DNA of 64,000 nucleotides from a virus, in the IMG/VR virus record IMGVR_UViG_3300021067_000006, positions 1 to 64,000 of that record; one strand, written 5' to 3'. Positions 51,666-59,877 of the stretch are shown here, piece by piece. Below the pieces are notes generated by a model that did no database searches, was not told the DNA's origin, and was given only the letters and a program-made list of their open reading frames with translations. Numbering within the stretch: position 1 is the stretch's first letter; every line of letters starts with the position of its first letter. Position numbers and translations under genes: made by a program.

Positions 51666-52367
51666 TCACTTGATCGCAGCTGCAGCGTCGAGCACCGCGC
51701 GCTCGACGATGTCTGTGACGCTCTCCGCCGAACGCTCAGCACCGAGCCGGCGCACGGCCTCGAGAAACCGCTCGTGCCGTTCGGCGGTGAAGTACAAAGG
51801 GACCGTCTTCGTGTGCTGATTCTGCGACACGAGCGGCGCCGGAGGCGAGCTCGGCCGCGCGACGTCGAACGCCATCATCTTCGTGAGCGCGTCCTCGGTG
51901 ATGCCGAGCTCGAGACTTACGGTCGGGAAGTCTTCGACGCCGAGACTCTGCACGAGCTGCGCGGCGGCCGTCGGATCGAACTTGCCGTGCTTGGTGTCGA
52001 GCTCGAACGTGAGCGCGCGCGCATCGCGCTCGGTGAGCCGGCTAAGAAAGACGACCGGCCCACGCTCGAACCCGAGCTCAGTCGCGACCGTCCATCGCTG
52101 CTCGCCGTCGATGATGACGTCGCGCCGACGGCCCTTCTCGTCGGTGCCCCACACGAGCAGCGCCTGACTCGTGATCCATCCCTTCGTTCGAAAGCCGTGC
52201 GCGAGCGCACGACGCTCGAACTGCGTCATGCGATTGGGGTTCCACTCATTCGGCTTCAGCTTGGCAAGCTCGTACAGCACGACCGCGCCGACGACGAAAC
52301 CACCGGCGAGCCTCGCGCCTGAGCGTTCGTTTCGCGCTGCTGCCTTCATCCGTCGGGAAGTTACCAC
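51666..52367 (-). CDS. ParB/Srx-like N-terminal domain protein
   Basis: 'LKPNEWNPN','IIDGEQRW'. Confidence 0.8.
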   Translation of the reverse strand: MVTSRRMKAAARNERSGARLAGGFVVGAVVLYELAKLKPNEWNPNRMTQFERRALAHGFRTKGWITSQALLVWGTDEKGRRRDVIIDGEQRWTVATELGFERGPVVFLSRLTERDARALTFELDTKHGKFDPTAAAQLVQSLGVEDFPTVSLELGITEDALTKMMAFDVARPSSPPAPLVSQNQHTKTVPLYFTAERHERFLEAVRRLGAERSAESVTDIVERAVLDAAAAIK

Positions 52368-52945
52368 GGCTTTTTACCGACGCGCCTGAGCAGCACCGAC
52401 GGCGCAATCTGCACGAGCTGCGACGCGAGCAGCACGTGCAGATCGACACCGTGCACGACGAGCTCACCGACCATCGACGGTCCGATGCGCAGCCCGCGCA
52501 GCAGCGCCGCCTCGATGATGACGTGCCACGACATCCGGTTGCCGCGGAAGAACAGCAACGGCTTGAGCCCATCGAAGCGCGCGGCCGCTTCGCACTGACG
52601 CCACCATCGCAGGACGGGCGAGCGCGGATCGCCGGCGAGGAACAGCTCGTACGACCACGCGCCCGCGCGCCGCACTCTGAACGGCTTGCCGTTGATCTTT
52701 TCTCGCACGGTCATCGCCTGCCGACGGAACTTCACCTCGACCGAAAACGGGAACAGCGTGCACGTCTCGGGGTCGACCATCACATCGCCACGCGCCTTGA
52801 ACCCCGCCGTTTTCGAACTCGCCCACCCGCCCGATCGCGGCGTTCGAACGAACGTCGCATCGGGCTCGAGCTGCCGCCACCACGGCTCAAGAATCCTCAC
52901 GACCTCGAGCTCACCGAACGCGCCCTTTTTGATCAGCGTCGCCAT
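52361..52945 (-). CDS. Holliday junction resolvase (PD-(D/E)XK)
   Basis: 'KGAFGELEV','RTPRSGG','GDV','SVEVK'. Confidence 0.75.
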   Translation of the reverse strand: MATLIKKGAFGELEVVRILEPWWRQLEPDATFVRTPRSGGWASSKTAGFKARGDVMVDPETCTLFPFSVEVKFRRQAMTVREKINGKPFRVRRAGAWSYELFLAGDPRSPVLRWWRQCEAAARFDGLKPLLFFRGNRMSWHVIIEAALLRGLRIGPSMVGELVVHGVDLHVLLASQLVQIAPSVLLRRVGKKPW

Positions 52946-54861
52946 CACGCGACCTCGACGCGCGACCACGGCCCCGACGCACGCACGACAATGCGCCTCG
53001 GCACGCTCTCGAGGAACGCCCGATCGTGCGCCGACACGATGGCCTGCTCGAACGTGCCGAGCAGCATGCGCTGTATCGCCGCCGACACCGACGCGCGGTG
53101 CGCACGATCCATCTGCGCGAGCGGTTCGTCGAGCGCGGCCACCGACCACCGCGCCGAGCGCCGCGCGCGCAGCCACCGGAACGCGGCGGTGCGCAGCGCG
53201 AGCCCGCCCAGGTCGGCGGCCGCGCCGTCGCTCTGATGCGACAGCCGGAACCGCACGCGGTTCGACACCTTGGGCCCGCGCGTCGCACCGCAGCGCGCGC
53301 ACTGCCTCACCCGCGTCGACGCGGGGAACGGCGAGCCGCAGCCCGAGCAGCGGACGGCGAGCTCTTTCGTCTCCCGTCCCCAGCTGAGCGAGACCGCCAA
53401 GTCGACCCCCGCCTCGGCGAGCACGCCGTTCGCCGCCCGCACGACGCCGCCCACGGCCTGCTCGGCCGCGGCACGCTGCGCTCCCTCCGGCCCGAGAATA
53501 GCCAACGCCGCGCGCCGGGCGGCCAGAGAACGCGCGAGCTCGGCGAGCCGGGCGTCGGCGTCGGCGACGCGGGCGAGCGCAGCCTCGGCCTCACCGAGCG
53601 CCGCCCGCGCGCGTTCGACGGCCGACCGATCCACAAGCGGCGGCTGCTCGACCGGGGGCAGCACGTCGGGCAGCTGCTCGGAATCGATCCACGCCAGCCG
53701 CGCCGCGGCTTCCACAGCCGCATCGAGCCGCGCGCTGGCCTGGTCAAGCCGGCGCTGCTGCGCCCGCGCTTCATCGAACGAACACTCAACCAGCCCGCCC
53801 CGCGTCTCGGCTTCTTTCCGTGCGGCTTCCGCCTTCGCGAGCGCGGCACGGTTCTCCGCGGTGCGCGCGTTGATCTGCTCCCGCGCCGGACAGTCGATAC
53901 CGGCCACGGGACAACGCCCATCGAACTGCCCGCTCACCAGCTTGCGCGCGCGCTCAACCTCACGCCGCGCCTCGTCGCGCGCGTGCAGCTCCCGCTCGCG
54001 CTTCGCGACAATCGCCTCGACGTCGGGAACCGGAACGGCCTTGAGCTCGGCGACCTCACCGGCGAGCGCTTCGACCTGCTCGAGCAGACGCCGCCGCTCG
54101 TCGCGAGTTTTCAGCTTGAGCGCGAGCTCGGCATGAGCGCGCAGCTTCTCGCTCGCCGAGTTTGCCGCAGCGTGGTCAGCCTCGAATCGCGCCTGCGCCG
54201 CAACGAGCTCAGCACGACGCCGCTCGACCTCAGCCTCGGTGCCGCCCGCCTCGAGCCCAGCGACGCGCGCCGCGATGCAGCGACCGTGTTCGGTCATCAG
54301 CTCGTTGAGCTCGTCGCTCACGGCATCCGCCGCCTCGGCCAGCTTGCCCGTCTGCAGCCATCGCTCAAACGCTTCAGTCGACGCCGTGCTACCCGCCGAC
54401 ACGAGCCCCGGCAGCGCGCGCTGCTCGGCGATGCAGGTGTCGAGCATCTCGACCACCTCGAACCCAAGGTAACCAGGCAGCGCACGCTCAGCCTCATCGC
54501 CGCGCAGCACCGTGCCGTCGGGCAGCGCGAACTCGAGTGATTCGCTCGCGCCGAGCGGCTTCAGTCGCGAGATGAACGCGCCGTCGCTGAGCTCGATGTC
54601 GACACCGACCTGCTCGCTACGCACGCCCGTCGCACGGTCGTACGAAACAAGGTCCTCGACGGAGTCGACAGTGCGCGGTCGCTTGCCGTCGAGCGCCCAG
54701 CGAATCGCGCGCAGCAAGCTCGTCTTGCCGAGGTAGTTGCTGCGCGCCGCGTCCTGCTCGTCCTCGGCTGTGAGCGCGTACACGCCCGGGCCGAGCTCGA
54801 GCTCGTGCACGCCGCGGAACCGCTGCCAGTCGATGAGCCGCAGCCCGACGATGTGCGTCAC
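52945..54861 (-). CDS. SbcC/Rad50-like ATPase
   Basis: 'SNYLGKTS', coiled coils with central 'CPV..C' hook, 'LDEP', 'SAHD'. Confidence 0.85.
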   Translation of the reverse strand: MTHIVGLRLIDWQRFRGVHELELGPGVYALTAEDEQDAARSNYLGKTSLLRAIRWALDGKRPRTVDSVEDLVSYDRATGVRSEQVGVDIELSDGAFISRLKPLGASESLEFALPDGTVLRGDEAERALPGYLGFEVVEMLDTCIAEQRALPGLVSAGSTASTEAFERWLQTGKLAEAADAVSDELNELMTEHGRCIAARVAGLEAGGTEAEVERRRAELVAAQARFEADHAAANSASEKLRAHAELALKLKTRDERRRLLEQVEALAGEVAELKAVPVPDVEAIVAKRERELHARDEARREVERARKLVSGQFDGRCPVAGIDCPAREQINARTAENRAALAKAEAARKEAETRGGLVECSFDEARAQQRRLDQASARLDAAVEAAARLAWIDSEQLPDVLPPVEQPPLVDRSAVERARAALGEAEAALARVADADARLAELARSLAARRAALAILGPEGAQRAAAEQAVGGVVRAANGVLAEAGVDLAVSLSWGRETKELAVRCSGCGSPFPASTRVRQCARCGATRGPKVSNRVRFRLSHQSDGAAADLGGLALRTAAFRWLRARRSARWSVAALDEPLAQMDRAHRASVSAAIQRMLLGTFEQAIVSAHDRAFLESVPRRIVVRASGPWSRVEVA

Positions 54862-54974
54862 TCGCCGCGCCTCTTTCGCGTCAACAGGTTGATCGCAATC
54901 ACGCAGCCGAGAATGCCGCCGACAACGATCGCGATGTAGACCCACGCCGCGACAGTCTCGGCCTGCGATGCCAT
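54858..54974 (-). CDS. 38-aa single-TM protein
   Basis: MASQAETVAAWVYIAIVVGGILGCVIAINLLTRKRRGE; TATGAT-N6-ATG. Confidence 0.5.
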   Translation of the reverse strand: MASQAETVAAWVYIAIVVGGILGCVIAINLLTRKRRGE

Positions 54975-54981
54975 GCGCCGA

Positions 54982-55428
54982 TCATAGGCCAGCGCCAGCG
55001 AGCGCGTGCTCGATGACACGCTCGACCTCATGCCAGTCCACGTCGACGGCGCTGCGCTCGCGCGCTCGAGCGAGCAGGTCGGCGACCACGCCGCGCAAAT
55101 CGAGCGCGGCCTCAACGTCCACAGCGCCCGCCACACGCTCCACGTCGCGCTCGGGAAGCTCAGCAGCGCCAGCCTCGGGCGGTAAGTCCTGCACGCGCAC
55201 AGCGCCCGCAGCACGGGCCTGCCGCTTCCATTCGGCAACCGCTGCCGCCTCGGTGCCCGCCGGCGGCCGAACCCAAACAATCGCGCCGTCGAGCGAATCG
55301 AGGCTTTCCACAGGCTTGTGGAATTCCTGCGCGGAAACGACCACCAACCGGCGCGCCTCGAGCGGCTCGAACCTCACCGGTTTGGAATCGCGCCGTTCCA
55401 TACCGGCCTTGCTTCTCGGCACTCGCAT
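54982..55428 (-). CDS. SbcD/Mre11-like C-terminal (capping/helical) part
   Basis: 'VRFEPLEARRLVVV..AIVWVRP' continues the nuclease fold; TGATG overlap. Confidence 0.55.
   Translation of the reverse strand: MRVPRSKAGMERRDSKPVRFEPLEARRLVVVSAQEFHKPVESLDSLDGAIVWVRPPAGTEAAAVAEWKRQARAAGAVRVQDLPPEAGAAELPERDVERVAGAVDVEAALDLRGVVADLLARARERSAVDVDWHEVERVIEHALAGAGL
55381..55402. repeat. 22-bp palindrome copy 7
   Basis: TTTGGAATCGCGCCGTTCCATA flanked by CCGG on both sides. Confidence 0.8.
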
Positions 55429-56159
55429 CAGCCCCCCCGCTCGGTGTCGACTTCCAAGATGCCCGGGACATTCTCGCACTCGTCGCGCGTAAACCTGCAG
55501 ACGCTTCCCGGGATCTCGACGCCGCGATACGTCTGCCGCCGATGGTAATGCGCGTTGAACAGCAGCGCGTTCGGAAACAACCGACGCACCGTGTCGATGG
55601 GAAAGAACACGTCGCGCCCGCGCGCCATATCCTTCGTTTCCGAACCCGTTGCGATGCCCTCGAGCATCAGATGCCCGGCCACCGCAGCGACCTTTGCACC
55701 GAGCCCGACGCGCGTGAGCTCCGCCGCTAGCTCGCACACCTCAGCCTTGGGGTCGTACGCGTGCGACGTCGGAACGTACGGCAGCAGCACGACAGCCTCG
55801 CCCGCGCCGACCTGGACATAGCGCGGCCGCTTCACGAGCGTGACGCCCGCAACGAACGCGAGCGGATCGAGCGTCGTCGTCCCGTACCCATCTTCGAGCA
55901 CGTCGTGATTGCCGGGAATCGCGATCGTGTCGATGCCCTCGACGTCGAGCTTGCTTGCGAACTCGGCGAACAGCGTAATGCACCGCACAAGGTTCTCGCT
56001 CTCCGGATCGGCAAGGTCGCCGAGGAACAGAACCTCATCGACCCGTCGCTTGAGCGCACGTTCGAACACGAGCTCAAGCGCGCGCGCGACATCGTCGAAC
56101 CGCGAGAAACCCGCAGTCGACTTGTCCGGATGCAGGTCGCCGACGATCAACGACTTCAC
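55428..56159 (-). CDS. SbcD/Mre11-like metallophosphoesterase
   Basis: 'GDLH','LGDLAD','GNHD','GH','AHYH','PGS'. Confidence 0.88.
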   Translation of the reverse strand: MKSLIVGDLHPDKSTAGFSRFDDVARALELVFERALKRRVDEVLFLGDLADPESENLVRCITLFAEFASKLDVEGIDTIAIPGNHDVLEDGYGTTTLDPLAFVAGVTLVKRPRYVQVGAGEAVVLLPYVPTSHAYDPKAEVCELAAELTRVGLGAKVAAVAGHLMLEGIATGSETKDMARGRDVFFPIDTVRRLFPNALLFNAHYHRRQTYRGVEIPGSVCRFTRDECENVPGILEVDTERGG

Positions 56160-57340
56160 TTCGCACCCGCGCGGCATTCGGCTTCGACTCGCGCGAGCAG
56201 CTCAACGTCGGCACGCAGCTTCCGCAGCGCCGCACGTTCGCCCTGCCCGAGCTTCGCGCCGCTCGCGCTGTAATGCGAACCGTTCTGCTTGGCGACTCCG
56301 AGCTCGAGCGCAAGCTCGAGCACGTCGCGCGCACGATCGAAACCTTCGGGCGCATCGACGCCGTTGCTCGTGTGAAACCACGCAAGCGGAGTAATCTCGC
56401 GCTTGCCCGCGATCTTCGTTTTCAGCACGCCGACGCGATGCCGCTCGCCGATGAACACGCGCTCGCCATCCTCCGTATCTTCGACGATCGACGAACGCTC
56501 GACGCGCAGCCGTAGCGACGGGCCGAACTTCATATTTTCCCCGCCCATGAGCTCGACCACGTCGCGCGAGTACAGCCCTTCCCCCTTCGTCACTTTCTCG
56601 CGGCCGATGAGCACCGCCGCCGTGCGCGTGCGCGCGAGCAACGGCAGCAGCTCATCGATCCACGCCGCATTGTAAGCGGCCTTGAGCTGCGCGAGTCGAC
56701 GGCCTGCACCGTCCTCTTTCTTCGGCGGCGCACGTCGACCGCGTTTCTTCGCTTCCTCAGCGTCGGCCTGCTCTTGCGCCTTCGCAGCCTTCGCGGCCTT
56801 CACCATCTCATCGAAGGCGTCTTTCGGTACGAGCGCGCGGATGCTGTCGATCACGACGATGCCCGTCGTGTCGGGCGGGATGCGCCCCTTGTCGCGCGCA
56901 GTACCGATTCGGTTCGCCCAATCTTTCACACCCTCGCGCGTCGCTTCGTAGTCGGTCACCGGTATCGCCGAGAACGACGGGTAATCGTACGCCTCGCCGA
57001 CGAGCAGACGCGCGTACGGCTCAGGCGTGCTGTGCTCGGCGTCGGCGAACGCGGCGAAGTGACCGCGCTCGAGAAACGAACGCAGCAGGCCGAGCTGCAG
57101 CGTCGACTTACCTTCGTTGCTCGGGCCGTGGATCACGGTCAGCCGCGCGATGGGAAAGCCGCCAACCCCGATGCGATGGTCGAGCTGCGGGAATATCGTC
57201 GGCACGGCTTGAACGCGGCCGATGACTTCGCGCGCGGGACGAAACGCCGAGAACTCGCCGGCCACTGCCGACAACGCTTCGATGCGCTCACGATTACTCG
57301 CAGCTTGCGCCGCGATGCTCGCACGGGGTTGGCGGCTCAT
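56156..57340 (-). CDS. recA: RecA-like recombinase
   Basis: 'GGFPIARLTVIHGPSNEGKS','DAEH','VVIDSI','GGENMKF'. Confidence 0.9.
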   Translation of the reverse strand: MSRQPRASIAAQAASNRERIEALSAVAGEFSAFRPAREVIGRVQAVPTIFPQLDHRIGVGGFPIARLTVIHGPSNEGKSTLQLGLLRSFLERGHFAAFADAEHSTPEPYARLLVGEAYDYPSFSAIPVTDYEATREGVKDWANRIGTARDKGRIPPDTTGIVVIDSIRALVPKDAFDEMVKAAKAAKAQEQADAEEAKKRGRRAPPKKEDGAGRRLAQLKAAYNAAWIDELLPLLARTRTAAVLIGREKVTKGEGLYSRDVVELMGGENMKFGPSLRLRVERSSIVEDTEDGERVFIGERHRVGVLKTKIAGKREITPLAWFHTSNGVDAPEGFDRARDVLELALELGVAKQNGSHYSASGAKLGQGERAALRKLRADVELLARVEAECRAGAK

Positions 57341-57343
57341 GAC

Positions 57344-57586
57344 TCAGTCCGGAACCTTCGCGACGTTCTGCTGTTGCCACTGCTCGATCTCGTCGGCGTA
57401 GCGCATAGCGCGCTCCGCCTTCTCGACCGTCGCCTCGTTTCCCTCACCCTCGCGCGATGCGTCCAGCGCCGCGCTCGCCCAGAACCGGATGGTCGCCGGC
57501 GCAAGCCGGTCTTGCCCGCGCAGCACGAAGATGGGTTCGTCGTCGCGCGCGTTCTGCAGGCACTTGCTCTCGTGTTTGGTGCTCAC
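57344..57586 (-). CDS. small conserved-looking phage protein
   Basis: 'DEPIFVLRGQDRLAPATIRFWA'. Confidence 0.65.
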   Translation of the reverse strand: MSTKHESKCLQNARDDEPIFVLRGQDRLAPATIRFWASAALDASREGEGNEATVEKAERAMRYADEIEQWQQQNVAKVPD

Positions 57587-57669
57587 TTCGAATTCTCCTC
57601 ACCATGGCAGGTCGTCATCGCCGAACAGCTCGGCGGCTGTTCGGCGGGCCTTGAACGTTTCGAGCTCGA

Positions 57670-58953
57670 CTAGTCGCCTCCCTTCGCAGCTTCGCGCTCG
57701 CGCTGCCGACGAGACACTCGCGCGTCGACACGCCGCGTTTCCGGTTTTGGCTCGGGCTTCGGCTTGAGTTTGTACGTGCCGTTGTTCGCGTCGTACTCGT
57801 ACTCGGCGCCGCAGTGCGGGCACGTCAATGCATCGGCCGCCATGGGCTTTTTGCACGAGTCGCACTCGACTTCCTCGTCGTCCTCGCCCTCGTCGTCGTC
57901 CTCGTCGTCCTCGCCCTCGTCGTCTTCGTCGTCGTCTTCGTCGTTGTCGCTGGCGTTGGCACCGTGATCGAACGACTCGGGCAGATCGAGCAGCGAAGGG
58001 TTTTCCTTTTTCAGGAACTTCGTAATCGGCTCGAACAGCTCAGCCCACGGCGGGTCGACCGTCTCGTGACACCAATGGGTTTCGAACAGCTGTCGAAGCA
58101 CCGCGACGTTCGACGGTCCGATGAGCTCATCGATCGCCGGCGGCTCGGCGTCGAACACGCGTTTGATCTCGTCGCTGAGCTTGATGCTGGTGATCACTTT
58201 CGCGTCGTACTTGTTCGAGAACTCCTCGCTTTCGTCGTACCGCCAGCGGAAGCACACCGGATGCTTTCGCGGATCGCCCTCGTCTTTGCCGAGGTCTTCG
58301 CGCCGATCGTTGATCAGCTTTTTCATCTTGTCGCCGAGCGTCTGCGACTCGATCGCAATCACGCAGCCGTCGCCGGGCTCGTCGTTCTGCACGACACGAA
58401 ACACGTACTGCAGCCGCGCCGTCGAGTTTTCCATGAACGCCTCGTCGCGCCGGATGCCTGCTCGTCTGAGCTCGCGCTTCTCGGCTTCGGTCATATCCTT
58501 TTTCCCGAAGATGCCGGTGAAGCCGCCAGCGTGAATCACCTGGTCATCGTCGCCGCCCGCTTCAAACCGAAAGATGGGATCGCACCATCCGATCTTTCGG
58601 TCGGCGATCTGCTCGCGTACCCACTCGAGAGTCAGCGAGAACGGGCACACCTCCGGCGGATACTCGCGCGTGCCGTCGTTGTTCCTGAAGCGCTGCTTGC
58701 GCAGCACCGACTCGCGCTCGTACGAGTTGAAGCGGATGCGACGCACCTTGAGCACGTAGTCGTTTGTCTTCTCGTCTTTCATCCGCACGACGCGCGCGAA
58801 TCCATGAGCCCACAGCGCGGCCATGCCCGTCGCCGGATGCAACCAGATGTCGACCTGCCCGTCCTTTTTCCAGTTCTTGAGGTAGCCCGCACCGCCGCTC
58901 GAGCCGCTGTGCGTGAGCCATTCGTCCATGTCCATTTCGCGCGATGACACCAT
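57670..58953 (-). CDS. ssDNA-binding protein (gp32-like) with acidic tract and C-terminal Zn ribbon
   Basis: beside RecA; acidic D/E tract; CDSC..CPHC. Confidence 0.55.
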   Translation of the reverse strand: MVSSREMDMDEWLTHSGSSGGAGYLKNWKKDGQVDIWLHPATGMAALWAHGFARVVRMKDEKTNDYVLKVRRIRFNSYERESVLRKQRFRNNDGTREYPPEVCPFSLTLEWVREQIADRKIGWCDPIFRFEAGGDDDQVIHAGGFTGIFGKKDMTEAEKRELRRAGIRRDEAFMENSTARLQYVFRVVQNDEPGDGCVIAIESQTLGDKMKKLINDRREDLGKDEGDPRKHPVCFRWRYDESEEFSNKYDAKVITSIKLSDEIKRVFDAEPPAIDELIGPSNVAVLRQLFETHWCHETVDPPWAELFEPITKFLKKENPSLLDLPESFDHGANASDNDEDDDEDDEGEDDEDDDEGEDDEEVECDSCKKPMAADALTCPHCGAEYEYDANNGTYKLKPKPEPKPETRRVDARVSRRQREREAAKGGD

Positions 58954-59012
58954 CGGTTCTGTTCTCCGTTCTTCGTTCGGTTTCCGTGCAGAGCGAGCTC
59001 GGCCGAGCTCGT

Positions 59013-59858
59013 TCAATCTGAGCGCTGTCGCGCCACCATCTGCCGCAAGTCCCGTGCTCGCTCGATGGTACGAGCCTCGAGCGACTCGAGCGCAGCAATC
59101 ATGCGGCGTGCCTTGCCTCTGCGCATCTCGAGGTCGCGCCACTCGCGCGGGTACTTCTCAGCGAGCGCGGCGTCGATGTCCGCTTCCGTGATCTGCTTGC
59201 TGCGCCCGACCGGTTCATCCGTCTTCGCTTTCTTCGCAGCTTCGGCTGCAGCCTTGTGGCGTGCTCGTTCGACTTCGAGGTCGGCGATCACGCCCGCGCG
59301 CAGCGCTGCAACGATCGTCTTCGCGTCGAGCTCGTAAGCGTCGTGAGCGACCTTCGCGTTCACAAGCAACAGCGTCGCGCGGTACGCGATGTCCTCGGCG
59401 TGGTCGAGCGCGTCAACGAGGTCGCCGTAAGCCAAGCCGCTCGCGGCGCGGCGCGCGCCGAACGACAGCGCTTCGCGAATCTCACGGTACTCGGCATCCG
59501 GTTCGGCCAGGTCGTAGAGATGATCGACGATACGGTCGTACCCCGCGCCCATCGAAAGGTCCGAAGCCTCTTTGCCAGCGAGCTCGCGCTGTCGCGCAGC
59601 AGTGCGTTCTTCGACCTCGCGCTGCGACAGCTCGACCTCACGTTCGAGCTGCGCAGGTGGCCGCTCAAAAGCCTCTCTCACTTCTCTCTCAGCGTTCGAC
59701 GTATCGCGATCGTCCGGTCGAACATCGCCGCTTGTCACACGCGCTTGTCCTGCCTGCGCCTCTTTCGGCGCACTGGCTTCGGCTCGTCCGGCTTCGGCTT
59801 GTCCGGCGGCGGGTTCATCGGTTCGCTTCCTCGGCTGTACCTGGGTTCGGCTTCTCAC
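59013..59858 (-). CDS. coiled-coil protein, possible UvsY-like recombination mediator
   Basis: 'KQITEADIDAAL' plus helices; between polymerase and SSB. Confidence 0.35.
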   Translation of the reverse strand: MRSRTQVQPRKRTDEPAAGQAEAGRAEASAPKEAQAGQARVTSGDVRPDDRDTSNAEREVREAFERPPAQLEREVELSQREVEERTAARQRELAGKEASDLSMGAGYDRIVDHLYDLAEPDAEYREIREALSFGARRAASGLAYGDLVDALDHAEDIAYRATLLLVNAKVAHDAYELDAKTIVAALRAGVIADLEVERARHKAAAEAAKKAKTDEPVGRSKQITEADIDAALAEKYPREWRDLEMRRGKARRMIAALESLEARTIERARDLRQMVARQRSD

Positions 59859-59877
59859 GCCGCCCATCATGCCGCCG

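Noticed and set aside
10121-55402. Palindrome as canonical parS
   Set aside because: No resemblance to TGTTTCACGTGAAACA; a non-canonical ParB site is not excluded
42847-56159. TGA stop-codon reassignment explaining the split genes
   Set aside because: Both splits need a frame change, and TGA terminates most genes normally
57870-57950. TCGTCG-rich low-complexity tract
   Set aside because: Encodes the acidic D/E tract of the SSB-like protein
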